Assembly (NCBI GenBank): GCA_963845085.1
Contig: CAWJQI010000001.1
Location: 288,001 to 352,000, forward strand
From: Candidatus Fermentibacterota bacterium
GTDB lineage: Bacteria; Fermentibacterota; Fermentibacteria; Fermentibacterales; JCC-6
DNA: 64,000 nucleotides
Direction of reading: 5' to 3'
The notes below the pieces were generated by a model, which had not been told where the DNA came from, made no database searches, and worked only from the letters and a program-made list of their open reading frames with translations. This document shows positions 42,642 through 51,885 of this stretch, one piece after another (position 1 is the stretch's first letter; each line of letters starts with the position of its first letter). The translations under genes were made by a program, and so were the position numbers.

Positions 42642-43634
42642 ATGAGAAGACTTCTGTCCAGATACCTTAGAAGAACCCACCGCTTCCCCGGAGTCGCATT
42701 CCGCGACCGGCGCCGTTTTCTCACGGTTCGGATGGACACGACCAATCACTGCAACCTGAGGTGCTCCATGTGCCCGATGCGCTTTTCCGATTCCGATCCG
42801 GACCGGAAATGGCTGCACATGGACGATGGCCTGTTCCGCCGCATTCTTTTACAGGTATTCCCCCTCGCCTCCACCGTGGGGCTGTCCTGCGGTGCCGAGC
42901 CCTTCTGCAATCCGCGGATCGGCCATTATCTGAAAGCCCTGTGTGATTCCGGCGTACCCGCCCGTGAACTGGTCACCAACGGGACGCTTCTCGACGAGAA
43001 GAACGCTGCGCTGCTTGTCCGGCATCCGCCCACCACCCTGTTCGTGTCGGTCGACGGGGCTCGCCCTGAAACCCATGGTGCGATCAGGGGCGGAGCGGAC
43101 CTCGACAGGGTGATCGGAAACCTCTGCAGACTTTCCTCACTCAGGGGGCGCCGCAGGTTCCCCATGATCGCCCTGAGCACAACCCTCCAGCGTGACAACC
43201 TTCATGAGATCCCGGGAATCGTTGAACTTGCAGCAAGGGTGGGAGCATGCGCGGTGGGCATGACCCCGCTCGTTCCGTACCTGGGGCTGGACACGCTCGA
43301 CAGGGTTGTTGATCCGGGGTCCCCCGAAGTCTCGGCCGTTCTCCGCGACGCTTCGGCAAGGGCGCGTGAACTCGGAATATCCCTCAGCGTTTCTTCCGGC
43401 TCGGCAAGGGAAACCGGCGCCGGATGCCCGTTCCTTGTTTCTACCGTTTACCTGGCGCCGGACGGCGCGGTGTTTCCCTGCCCGTACTGGAATACGGGCA
43501 ACCCGATAGGAAACATGGCGGAAGAGGATTTTCACCCGATTTGGAGCCGCAGGCACCTTGCCGTGTCCGATGCGACATGCCGGGACTGTCCGGAGATCAC
43601 TTCAAGAAGCCGTGAGGTTCGAAAGGACCATTGA
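42642..43634 (+). CDS. Radical SAM protein with SPASM/twitch domain
   Basis: CNLRCSMC, GAEP, TNGTLL, SVDGA, CPF...DGAVFPC...IGN...CRDC. Confidence 0.92.
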   Translation: MRRLLSRYLRRTHRFPGVAFRDRRRFLTVRMDTTNHCNLRCSMCPMRFSDSDPDRKWLHMDDGLFRRILLQVFPLASTVGLSCGAEPFCNPRIGHYLKALCDSGVPARELVTNGTLLDEKNAALLVRHPPTTLFVSVDGARPETHGAIRGGADLDRVIGNLCRLSSLRGRRRFPMIALSTTLQRDNLHEIPGIVELAARVGACAVGMTPLVPYLGLDTLDRVVDPGSPEVSAVLRDASARARELGISLSVSSGSARETGAGCPFLVSTVYLAPDGAVFPCPYWNTGNPIGNMAEEDFHPIWSRRHLAVSDATCRDCPEITSRSREVRKDH

Positions 43635-44159
43635 TCAGGGGAAAGACGTCATCCCCATGAAGCTTTCAACCAGCCATGCATCGTCTTCTCTGACCATTGT
43701 CGCCTGCTGTTCGATCACCGTGCCGAAGGCGTTCTCGAACCTCAGCAGGATGGTGGCCCTTCTGTCCTGGATGGATATGGAATCCACCTGCATGGAAAAC
43801 GGAGTGTAGCGCCCGAACATTATGGGAAGCGAAAGCGTTCTGGCAAGGTACTCGCGGGTTGTCCAGCCGCGGATCTCCTGCGGCTCGGCCTGGTACCCGG
43901 CGGACTGAAGGCGGAGGATCACCGATTCATCGTTCCTTCTGATGCCTTCAAGGATGGACTGGAAAGTTATCTCCACCTGTTCCATGGCGATGGTGGAATA
44001 CAGGGCGGCGGCATCTTCGCCTCTTGCTTCCCTGAGGGCCGCAAAGAAACCTTCAATGGTTCCCAGAACGACTGATTCTTCCTCGGTCTGACCCGAAGCC
44101 GCTGCGCACACTGTCAGAAGCACTGCAACGAGCATCGCCTTCAAGGGGCACCCCCTCAC
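43635..44159 (-). CDS. Hypothetical exported protein (NTF2-like/DUF4878-like)
   Basis: Signal-like N-terminus, FFAAL...AAALY, MVREDDAWLV. Start GTG 44159 or ATG 44135. Confidence 0.65.
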   Translation of the reverse strand: MRGCPLKAMLVAVLLTVCAAASGQTEEESVVLGTIEGFFAALREARGEDAAALYSTIAMEQVEITFQSILEGIRRNDESVILRLQSAGYQAEPQEIRGWTTREYLARTLSLPIMFGRYTPFSMQVDSISIQDRRATILLRFENAFGTVIEQQATMVREDDAWLVESFMGMTSFP

Positions 44160-44217
44160 CGGTTTCGCTTCTCGTCAAAGGATAATAGACACAGACGCCC
44201 CCTGCAGCAACCCCGGC

Positions 44218-45444
44218 TCAATCCGATGATTCGCCCCAGACCTCGAGGGTTGAAAGCACGATCTGAAGTGCATTCTCAATACCCCTGACGGCCAGCCACT
44301 CCCTTCTCGAGTGGAAGAGCCCCCCGCCTGTCGGAAGGTTCACCGTGGGCACTCCCATGAAGCTCAGCCTCGAACCGTCCGTTCCTCCGCGAATGCTGGT
44401 CTCGGATGGGTTCAGTCCCGCCCTCTCCGTGCCCTTCATTGCGTATTCGACCAGCCTCCTGTCCCTGGACAGAAGTTCCGCGGGGTTTGCGTACTGGTTC
44501 CGAACATCAAGTTCAATGACGGACCTGGGATGCTTTTCGGAAAGGTAGCCCTGAAGCGCCCGCATTCTGTTGATCCGTGCACTCATCCCCCCGGTCGAAA
44601 AATCGCGGAGGATCATGCTGACGGTTGCCGACTCCGAGTTGCCAGAGATCTCCATCGGATAGTCGAATCCCTGTACTCCGCAGCTGTTCTCCGGCATTTC
44701 CTCGGGCTTCAGCATGGAAACCAGCTCGGAAGCTATCCGGACGGGGTTCACCAGCCGGCCGAAAGCGCTTCCGGGGTGCACTTCGACCCCTGAAATCTTC
44801 CAGTCCGCCCTGCAGGCGTTGAACGTTGCGCTGTCGACAGCACCCGGCTGTTCTCCGTCTATCGTGTAAGCGAAATCGGCGCCGAACCTCTTCGTGTCGA
44901 AGTTGTCCATCCCCCTGCCGATCTCCTCATCAGTCGTGAAGGCCGCCACGAGCCGGGGACGATTCGCACCGGGATGGGCCATCACCCACTGAAGAACCTC
45001 CATTATTATCGCAACCCCGGCCTTGTCATCGGCGCCCAGCAGGGTTGATCCATCCGACGTTACGATTGCGCCGCCCTTGTAGCGCTCGAGTTCCGGGCAC
45101 TCCGAGGGATCGAGAAAGACTCCCTCCGATATCCTTATGGGACCGCCGTCCCAGTTCTCATGCACGACGGGCTTTACACCCCTCCCGGGAACCGCGGGCG
45201 AGGTATCCACATGGGCGATGAGCCCGATGGTCGTGTTTCCCTTCCCGCCGGGAACCCTGCAGTAGAGAACGCCCTTTGGATCGAGGTGCACCTGTTCCAT
45301 GCCCATGGACCGAAGCTCGTTCCGGAGCAGGTTCAACAGGTTCATCTGCCCTTCGGTGGAGGGCGCAGTGGTGCTGGCCGGATCGCTGCGGGTATCGATT
45401 CCTGCGTATCTTGTGAATCGGCTTATCGCCCCGTTCATCATCAT
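44218..45444 (-). CDS. pepT: Peptidase T (tripeptidase)
   Basis: PSTEGQ, AHVDT, LLGADDKAG, DEEIG, IRGGTDG. Confidence 0.95.
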   Translation of the reverse strand: MMMNGAISRFTRYAGIDTRSDPASTTAPSTEGQMNLLNLLRNELRSMGMEQVHLDPKGVLYCRVPGGKGNTTIGLIAHVDTSPAVPGRGVKPVVHENWDGGPIRISEGVFLDPSECPELERYKGGAIVTSDGSTLLGADDKAGVAIIMEVLQWVMAHPGANRPRLVAAFTTDEEIGRGMDNFDTKRFGADFAYTIDGEQPGAVDSATFNACRADWKISGVEVHPGSAFGRLVNPVRIASELVSMLKPEEMPENSCGVQGFDYPMEISGNSESATVSMILRDFSTGGMSARINRMRALQGYLSEKHPRSVIELDVRNQYANPAELLSRDRRLVEYAMKGTERAGLNPSETSIRGGTDGSRLSFMGVPTVNLPTGGGLFHSRREWLAVRGIENALQIVLSTLEVWGESSD

Positions 45445-45507
45445 CCTCCCTGTGATTCGTGCGCATGGAATGAATCACTATAATACGCCCAGCAAAACGG
45501 AGAGAGA

Positions 45508-46236
45508 ATGAAAACCTTCCTAACGCTTACAGACACCGCCAAGTGCCTTGGAATGAGCCTTCAGGAGGTCTCCAGGGAGATAAGCCGGGCGGGGCTCAAA
45601 ACGGTGCTCTTCCAGGGGCAGAAATGCTACCTTCGGGCAGATATCCTCGACTGGCTGACCAGGGAGTTCGGAGGCCTTGCAGCGGACAGGCTGGCCCTTG
45701 CCGAACAGTCCAACGCCGAAACGGCCGGGATCGACTCAAAGGCTCTTCTCGTAACCGAAATGCTTTCAGGCAACATCATCGCACCCGACCGTGTCGGCAC
45801 CCGCAGCAGCATGCTGAGGCTTATCGCCTCGGAAGCCTGCGGAACGGGAGCCCTTTACGACGAGGTCGCACTTCTTGAACAGATCACTCTGCGCGAAGAG
45901 GCGGCATCGACGGCACTCAGGTGCGGCGCTGCGCTTGTCCACCCGCTCGACGTGAGGAAGCTGTTCGTCGAGCACAGCCTGCTCATGCTTTTCCGTCCGC
46001 CGCACCCTCTTCCCTTCGGGGAGGAAACGGGCAGGCTTACATCGCTTTTCTTTCTTCTTGTTTTTCCCTCGGCAAACGAGCACCTTCACATGCTGGCAAG
46101 GCTCAACAGAATGCTGAGATTACAGGGTTTCGTTGACGATCTTCTCACCGCCGGCGGACCGGCGGAGATGCTGGACATAGTCAGGGAACGCGAGCGAGAG
46201 CTTCGCGAACCGGTGAGGAAGGGGGATTCCCGTTGA
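45508..46236 (+). CDS. Excisionase-like HTH fused to PTS EIIA (Ntr/Fru type)
   Basis: LTLTDTAKCLGMS...CYLRADILDWL; REEAASTA...AALVHP, PLPFG, HLHMLARL. Confidence 0.82.
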   Translation: MKTFLTLTDTAKCLGMSLQEVSREISRAGLKTVLFQGQKCYLRADILDWLTREFGGLAADRLALAEQSNAETAGIDSKALLVTEMLSGNIIAPDRVGTRSSMLRLIASEACGTGALYDEVALLEQITLREEAASTALRCGAALVHPLDVRKLFVEHSLLMLFRPPHPLPFGEETGRLTSLFFLLVFPSANEHLHMLARLNRMLRLQGFVDDLLTAGGPAEMLDIVRERERELREPVRKGDSR

Positions 46237-47156
46237 GTTCCTTTTCAGGCAGAAGCATCATCTCCCTGAGGGACATGACGGTTTCGGAGCTGTGGCGAAT
46301 TGTCGAGGCCTCCGGTGAGGTGAAGTCCGGAAAGCACTCCGGTCTTCTTACGGGTCTCAGCGTAGCCTCGCTCTTCTTCGAGCCGTCAACCCGCACAAGG
46401 CTCAGTTTTGAATCCGCGGTTCTCAAGGGCGGAGGGACGGTGTTCGGCTTCGCCGACCCGGGGGCTTCCTCCCAGAAAAAGGGGGAATCTTTCGCTGACA
46501 GCGTGAGAACGGTCACCGGCTACTGCGACGCGATGGTCATAAGGCACCCGGTCGAGGGGGCAGCCAGGCTGGCTTCCGAACTCTCCTCGGTTCCTGTGAT
46601 CAACGCCGGGGACGGGGCCAACCAGCACCCCACCCAGACATTCCTCGACCTTTTCACCATCTTCGAAAGCATCGGCCGGCTGGAGGGGCTCTGCGTCGGC
46701 CTCATGGGCGACCTCAAATACGGCAGAACTGTTCACTCCCTCGCCCACGCCATGGCGCTCTTCGGAGCCAGGATGGTCTTCATCTCCCCTGCATCGCTCG
46801 CCATGCCTCCGCATGTTCTTTCCGAGCTGGCGGACGCGGGTGTTTCGTTCAGGGTGGTCTCGTCACCTGAAGAGGCCAGGGATTCGGAAATGGATGTGCT
46901 TTACGTGACCAGGATCCAGAAGGAGCGGTTCGGCGACCCCCAGGAGTACGAAAGCGTCGCTCACAGCTACAGGGTCACAGCCGAGACGGTGAGCGTCCTC
47001 GGAGATTCGATAAGGCTGATGCATCCGCTGCCCAGGGTGGATGAAATAGCCGAGGAGGTCGACGCTCTGCCGAACGCCATCTACTTCCGCCAGGCCCACA
47101 ACGGGATACCGACAAGGCAGGCGCTGCTGGGACTGGTGACGGGAGGCATATCATGA
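46233..47156 (+). CDS. pyrB: Aspartate carbamoyltransferase catalytic subunit
   Basis: FFEPSTRTRLSF, NAGDG, HPTQ, GDLKYGRTVHSL, MHPLPR. Confidence 0.98.
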   Translation: MSSFSGRSIISLRDMTVSELWRIVEASGEVKSGKHSGLLTGLSVASLFFEPSTRTRLSFESAVLKGGGTVFGFADPGASSQKKGESFADSVRTVTGYCDAMVIRHPVEGAARLASELSSVPVINAGDGANQHPTQTFLDLFTIFESIGRLEGLCVGLMGDLKYGRTVHSLAHAMALFGARMVFISPASLAMPPHVLSELADAGVSFRVVSSPEEARDSEMDVLYVTRIQKERFGDPQEYESVAHSYRVTAETVSVLGDSIRLMHPLPRVDEIAEEVDALPNAIYFRQAHNGIPTRQALLGLVTGGIS

Positions 47157-47620
47157 GCGACAGGGTTTACAAGGTATACGCCATCGAGAACGGAACGGTC
47201 ATAGACCACATCCCCACCCCGATGGCACTGAAGGTCGTTGAAATACTCGGCATCGGCAATGGCGGCATATTCACGCTCGGCGTCGGCTTCCAGTCCAAAA
47301 GGCTCCCCGGCGGGAAGGACATCCTGAAAATCGAGAACAAGGTGCTGTCACCGAACGAGACCGACATCATCTCGCTCATCGCCCCCAATGCGACCATCAA
47401 CATCATCAGGGAGGGAAGGGTTCAGGAGAAGCGCCGCATCTCCCTGCCCGAATCGATAACGGGGGTCATGCTGTGCCCGAATCCGAACTGCGCAACGAAC
47501 AAGCTGGGCGCACCCCGCAAATTCCGCCTCGAGAACCGCAGCCTGGTTACTTACAGATGCCGGTACTGCGAGAGGGTCACGGGGATAATAAGCGAGAACC
47601 TGGTCAGCCCGGAAAAATGA
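47153..47620 (+). CDS. pyrI: Aspartate carbamoyltransferase regulatory subunit
   Basis: IENGTVIDHI, KDILKIE, CPNPNC...CRYCE. Confidence 0.97.
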   Translation: MSDRVYKVYAIENGTVIDHIPTPMALKVVEILGIGNGGIFTLGVGFQSKRLPGGKDILKIENKVLSPNETDIISLIAPNATINIIREGRVQEKRRISLPESITGVMLCPNPNCATNKLGAPRKFRLENRSLVTYRCRYCERVTGIISENLVSPEK

Positions 47621-49104
47621 GCGCTGCAAAAGCACTTCCCTGGATCATCGGCTTCCTTCTGGCCACAGGGCTCACACTGGCATGGTTCGGCAATACGCCC
47701 CTCTTCGGTGACGAGCTGGGGTACAGCTACTCCGCCGCGAGCTGGATCGAACGAAACTCACTGGCGCCGGTGCCCTCGGGGGACGGCAAAGGAGAGCAGG
47801 GAATGGGCCATCCCGCCCTTTACTTCTGGCTCTGGGCCGTTCTGATGCGGGTTTTCGGCGACACGATCACAACTGCGCGCATTCTGCCCACCATCTCAGC
47901 CGGCTTTTCCATTGTGGGAGTCTGGATGCTGGGCAAACAGCTGTCGGGATCGGCCAAAACCGGCCTGATGGCCGTGACCGGACTTCTGGCAAGCCCGTTG
48001 TTCCTTGCTCAGGGCTTCAGGGCAATACCCGAATGCTCCCATCTTGCATGCGTTGCATGGTCACTGTACTTCTTCACCAGGGAAGACAGGCTGAAGGCGG
48101 CAATCTTTGCAGTACTGGCGACCATTTTCAGACAGCAGGGTGTATTCCTCGGAGCGGCATTCCTGCTGGCTGATATCCTGAAGAACAGAAGGTTTCGTCC
48201 GGGAATGCTTCTCTGGTTGTCCCCCCTGCTCGTGCCCCTGGTGAACGGGCTAATCCAGATGAAGGTCAACGGGTACTTCTTCTTCCCAACCTATATGGGC
48301 CATGCTTCACCCGATCTGCCGACGGGCTGGTTTCCCGCCCGGATAGGACTTTTCGCGGGTCATCTTATGGGAGAGGATTTCAGATGGTTCCCCCTCGCAA
48401 TCGCGCTCGCCTGGGCTTTCATTCACAGGGATTCAAAACCCGGTATTCTATTCCTGGCGGCACTGGCGCTTCCGGCGTTGTTTCACCCTCCGACGCGCCT
48501 CATCGTAATCGTTGGCTTTCTTACGCTGTTCGCGGTGCTGCTCTTAAAACGAAAGCGTATGCCCTCTCCGCCTGTGACGGCCATGCTGGCCTTCATCGGT
48601 ATGCTGGTAGCCTTTCATGTCCTCATTGTCGCTGTTGCGCCTGATCCGCAGCTTGACCTTTTCAGGTACATCTTCGGTGGCTATGCCCCTTTGATGGTTC
48701 TGCTTGCCATCGGCGTGCGCAGAACCGGAAAACGGATCTCCGCCTTCGCATGGGCCGTGTTCTGCCTGGCTTCCTTCTCATGCATCACAGTGGTCAGATA
48801 CACATGGCAGCCTGATGCCAGCGTCGCGGGCCTTCTTGAGGCGCGTGCCGTCCGCAGCGCCATGTCGGCGGTGACAAACCCCTGTTACCCTGATGATAGA
48901 ATTGCAGCCCTTCCCGCACTCGGATACGTCTCAACTCCCGTTCCGTTCGAGGGTGGGGCGGTGTTGAACCTCGTTCTTACCACAGCTGACATAGCCAGCG
49001 CGGAATCTCTGCTGCCTGAAGGCTATCGCTTCACCGGCAGGACCACCTACAACTGGACTCTTGAAGGACTTTCCGTAGTTGCGCTGGAAGCGGAACGCCG
49101 TTGA
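47617..49104 (+). CDS. GT-C fold membrane glycosyltransferase (PMT/ArnT-like)
   Basis: GDE..Y, HPALYFWL, many TM helices, late RY motif; ATGA overlap with pyrI. Confidence 0.8.
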   Translation: MSAAKALPWIIGFLLATGLTLAWFGNTPLFGDELGYSYSAASWIERNSLAPVPSGDGKGEQGMGHPALYFWLWAVLMRVFGDTITTARILPTISAGFSIVGVWMLGKQLSGSAKTGLMAVTGLLASPLFLAQGFRAIPECSHLACVAWSLYFFTREDRLKAAIFAVLATIFRQQGVFLGAAFLLADILKNRRFRPGMLLWLSPLLVPLVNGLIQMKVNGYFFFPTYMGHASPDLPTGWFPARIGLFAGHLMGEDFRWFPLAIALAWAFIHRDSKPGILFLAALALPALFHPPTRLIVIVGFLTLFAVLLLKRKRMPSPPVTAMLAFIGMLVAFHVLIVAVAPDPQLDLFRYIFGGYAPLMVLLAIGVRRTGKRISAFAWAVFCLASFSCITVVRYTWQPDASVAGLLEARAVRSAMSAVTNPCYPDDRIAALPALGYVSTPVPFEGGAVLNLVLTTADIASAESLLPEGYRFTGRTTYNWTLEGLSVVALEAERR

Positions 49105-49197
49105 GGTGAATCCACTTCAGTCCCAAGGATCACCATCAGAAGGTACCAGCACCCGATTCATGCGCCAGCGGCGGGGGGCATGCCCTCCGGATGACCG

Positions 49198-49226
49198 TTG
49201 ACCGCTTCGGCCGGCGAAAGTAGCTT
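49198..49226 (+). promoter_or_regulatory. Promoter of the GT2 gene, probably leaderless
   Basis: TTGACC-17-TAGCTT, ATG 6 nt downstream. Confidence 0.6.
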
Positions 49227-49232
49227 CGTGGG

Positions 49233-49931
49233 ATGATTCAAGGCAGAACGATCTCTCTTGTCATCCCGGCACACAATGAGGAAGAGGGACTTCCTGCGGT
49301 GCTGACCGCCGTTCCTGATTGTGTCGACGACGTCATTGTCGTTGACAACTGCTCCACAGATAAAACTAAAGATGTGGCGAAAAGCTATGGATGCAGGGTG
49401 GTGTTCCAGCCTGAGAAGGGCTATGGAAGTGCTTACCAGGCCGGTTTCGCTTCAGTGGCCACCGAGCTTGTCGCAACAGCCGATGCGGACGGTACATACC
49501 CTGTACACATGATTCCCGGCCTTGCTGACAGCCTTCTCAGAGAAGGGTACGACTTCATCAGCGCAAGACGAATGCCCGATGACCACGCTGGAACCTTCAA
49601 CAACGCGCTCAGATTCTCGGGAAATTTCGTTCTTTCCGCCGCGACCGTTCTTCTTTTCGCGAGAATGATACGGGACAGCCAGTCCGGCATGTGGGTGTTC
49701 AAACGTGGCATCCTTGACAGGATCACTCTGACCAGCCGGGGCATGGCGATGTCGGAGGAACTCAAAATCAAGGCCTGGACAACGAAGGGCCTCCGCTGCG
49801 GGGAATTTGCCATCCCGTTCAGTTACTCTGAGCGCATGGGAAAACCGAAACTGAACCTCTGGAGGGACGGGGTGAGAAACCTGCTGTTCCTCTTCGCTCT
49901 CAGGCTCGGTATACCTATGACAAAGGCCTAA
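49233..49931 (+). CDS. GT2 glycosyltransferase (polyprenol-phosphate sugar synthase-like)
   Basis: VIPAHNEE, VVDNCSTD, GYG, DADGTY, DSQSG, ERMG..KL..WRDG. Confidence 0.92.
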   Translation: MIQGRTISLVIPAHNEEEGLPAVLTAVPDCVDDVIVVDNCSTDKTKDVAKSYGCRVVFQPEKGYGSAYQAGFASVATELVATADADGTYPVHMIPGLADSLLREGYDFISARRMPDDHAGTFNNALRFSGNFVLSAATVLLFARMIRDSQSGMWVFKRGILDRITLTSRGMAMSEELKIKAWTTKGLRCGEFAIPFSYSERMGKPKLNLWRDGVRNLLFLFALRLGIPMTKA

Positions 49932-51757
49932 TCGTTCAGAACGGTGACCCTCCTTGCCGCAATTCCGTCCGGACCCGTCATGACGACAGCGTACACACCG
50001 GCGGGCAGGCTGCCGACCAGAGCCGAGTAATCCCCGGGTTCGATTTCGCCCTGCTGCAGGACCGCCACCGAGCGCCCCGCCGTATCATAAACGGACACAC
50101 TGACAGGGCCGCCGGTCTGAACGGTCCAGGAGACGGTGAACGCCCCGTGGGCCGGATTGCCCTGCGGAAGGCGGATCAGCATTCCGCCCGTTGCTTCGAC
50201 CGATCCTTCTTCGATGCCGTACATGTTGTAAAGGATGGTCACATCCTTGAGCGAGGGTGTTACGTTGGGATTGCCGGTTGAAAGCCTTGTCTGGTACTGA
50301 ACGTACCGCCCGCCCTGCGTGACCACCGAACCGAGGCTTCCGGGGCTCGCGAACCAGCCGCTCCAGGGACCCATGTCGCTTGAGTTGTAGGAGGTTCTCA
50401 TGCGGAACTGGATCATGGTCTGCGGTGGCGTGACCTGGCTGAAGTGAACGTAATCCCACGTAAGGGCGCCGGGATTGACGGGATCAACATCGAGTATCGA
50501 CGAGGTGAGCACCGCCGGGGAGTTGAAACCGCTCACCCTCCACCAGCTGACCCTGCCTGCGTACAGCCCGCAGGAGGCGGCATCGGGCACGCCATCTCCG
50601 TTCATGTCACCCGAGGCCACACAGTATGCCCCGGCGAAGCCCTCAACGATCGTGTACCTTTCCCAGGGCTGGCTGAGTTTCAGGAAGTTCTTGAACCAGT
50701 ACACGCAGTTGCCGCTGGTTGACGAGGCCAGAACATCCGGAGAACCGTCCCCGTCCATGTCGACCGCACTGATGGACGAAAGCCCGGGAGCGCTGCCGTC
50801 AATGAGGTTGGTGTTCCAGGTGGAGCCCGACACATGGTTGTACCAGCGGAGGCTTCCGCCGCCGGCAGAGCTTCCGGCAACTATGTCATTCTTGCCGTCG
50901 TCGTTCACATCGGCAAGAACCACGACCCTGACCCCTGGGAAAGTGCCCACTTCCTGATGGGTCCAGTTGTATCCCCAGGGGCTCTGGGAGATGTAGGCTA
51001 CGATCCTGCCCGTGCTGTAGCTGACCGCAACGACATCGGGGTGGATGTCGCCGTTCAGGTCACCGGTGTGGCATGCGTACGCGCCCATCAGGGATCCGTC
51101 GATGTAGTTGATCGTCCAGTTGTTCCCTGAACCGCCGTTCCTCCACCACACGACATCACCGCTGTCCCAGGAGACTCCGACAACATCAATTGCGCCGTCG
51201 CCGTCTACATCACCCACCCTGATCTGCTGTGCGTCGAAGTTCTGCGCGATGGTTGTCGGCGCCGACCAGCTGCTTCCACCGGAATTGTTCCGGAACCAGA
51301 CAACGGAGTTCTGTGTTGCACTCGAAGCAGCGATGTCCCTCAGGCCGTCGCCGTCAAAATCACCTGCTGCAATGAACTGGGGCTGTGGGACGTTGCCGAC
51401 CAGGTGCTGCGACCAGGTTGTGCCCTGGCCGTTCTGGTTGCGCGCCCACATGACCGTACCGCTTCCGTAGCTGGAATAGGCGATGTCGTTGTTGCCGTCC
51501 TGGTCCATGTCCATTACGACCAGGAACGGTGGAAGCGACACGACCGCTGCGGCAACGTTTTCCGAGCGGTTGACGATGAGCTTGAGCTGGCCGGGTTCGG
51601 TGTCCCAGTCCATCGCGTCGGCAATGAAGAAGGTGTCCCCCCATGTGGCGACCGGCCCGTAAACCCCCGGACCGCCGCTCCAGTCGGTCTGCAGCGCGCT
51701 CTCTGCAAGAAGTGGCCCGACGGGCAGAAGAAGCAGCGGCAGAAGATTGATTCTCAT
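49928..51757 (-). CDS. FG-GAP/VCBS-repeat exported protein with T9SS-type CTD (paralogue A)
   Basis: Signal peptide, seven DxDGDGxxD-type repeats, CTD GNP...VYDTAGR...GVY. Confidence 0.9.
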   Translation of the reverse strand: MRINLLPLLLLPVGPLLAESALQTDWSGGPGVYGPVATWGDTFFIADAMDWDTEPGQLKLIVNRSENVAAAVVSLPPFLVVMDMDQDGNNDIAYSSYGSGTVMWARNQNGQGTTWSQHLVGNVPQPQFIAAGDFDGDGLRDIAASSATQNSVVWFRNNSGGSSWSAPTTIAQNFDAQQIRVGDVDGDGAIDVVGVSWDSGDVVWWRNGGSGNNWTINYIDGSLMGAYACHTGDLNGDIHPDVVAVSYSTGRIVAYISQSPWGYNWTHQEVGTFPGVRVVVLADVNDDGKNDIVAGSSAGGGSLRWYNHVSGSTWNTNLIDGSAPGLSSISAVDMDGDGSPDVLASSTSGNCVYWFKNFLKLSQPWERYTIVEGFAGAYCVASGDMNGDGVPDAASCGLYAGRVSWWRVSGFNSPAVLTSSILDVDPVNPGALTWDYVHFSQVTPPQTMIQFRMRTSYNSSDMGPWSGWFASPGSLGSVVTQGGRYVQYQTRLSTGNPNVTPSLKDVTILYNMYGIEEGSVEATGGMLIRLPQGNPAHGAFTVSWTVQTGGPVSVSVYDTAGRSVAVLQQGEIEPGDYSALVGSLPAGVYAVVMTGPDGIAARRVTVLND

Positions 51758-51837
51758 AACCTTGCCTCCCCTCTGGCTTTACCCTTCGGCAATTTTTAAC
51801 ATGACAGACTTTAATTGTCAATGGAGGGGGCTGCAAT

Positions 51838-51868
51838 AAAAAGTGGGGCAGGCCGAAGCCTGCCCCAC
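51838..51868 (-). terminator. Intrinsic terminator between the FG-GAP paralogues
   Basis: GTGGGGCAGGC-TTCG-GCCTGCCCCAC-TTTTT on the minus strand. Confidence 0.9.
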
Positions 51869-51885
51869 CATGAGACGGATGAGCG

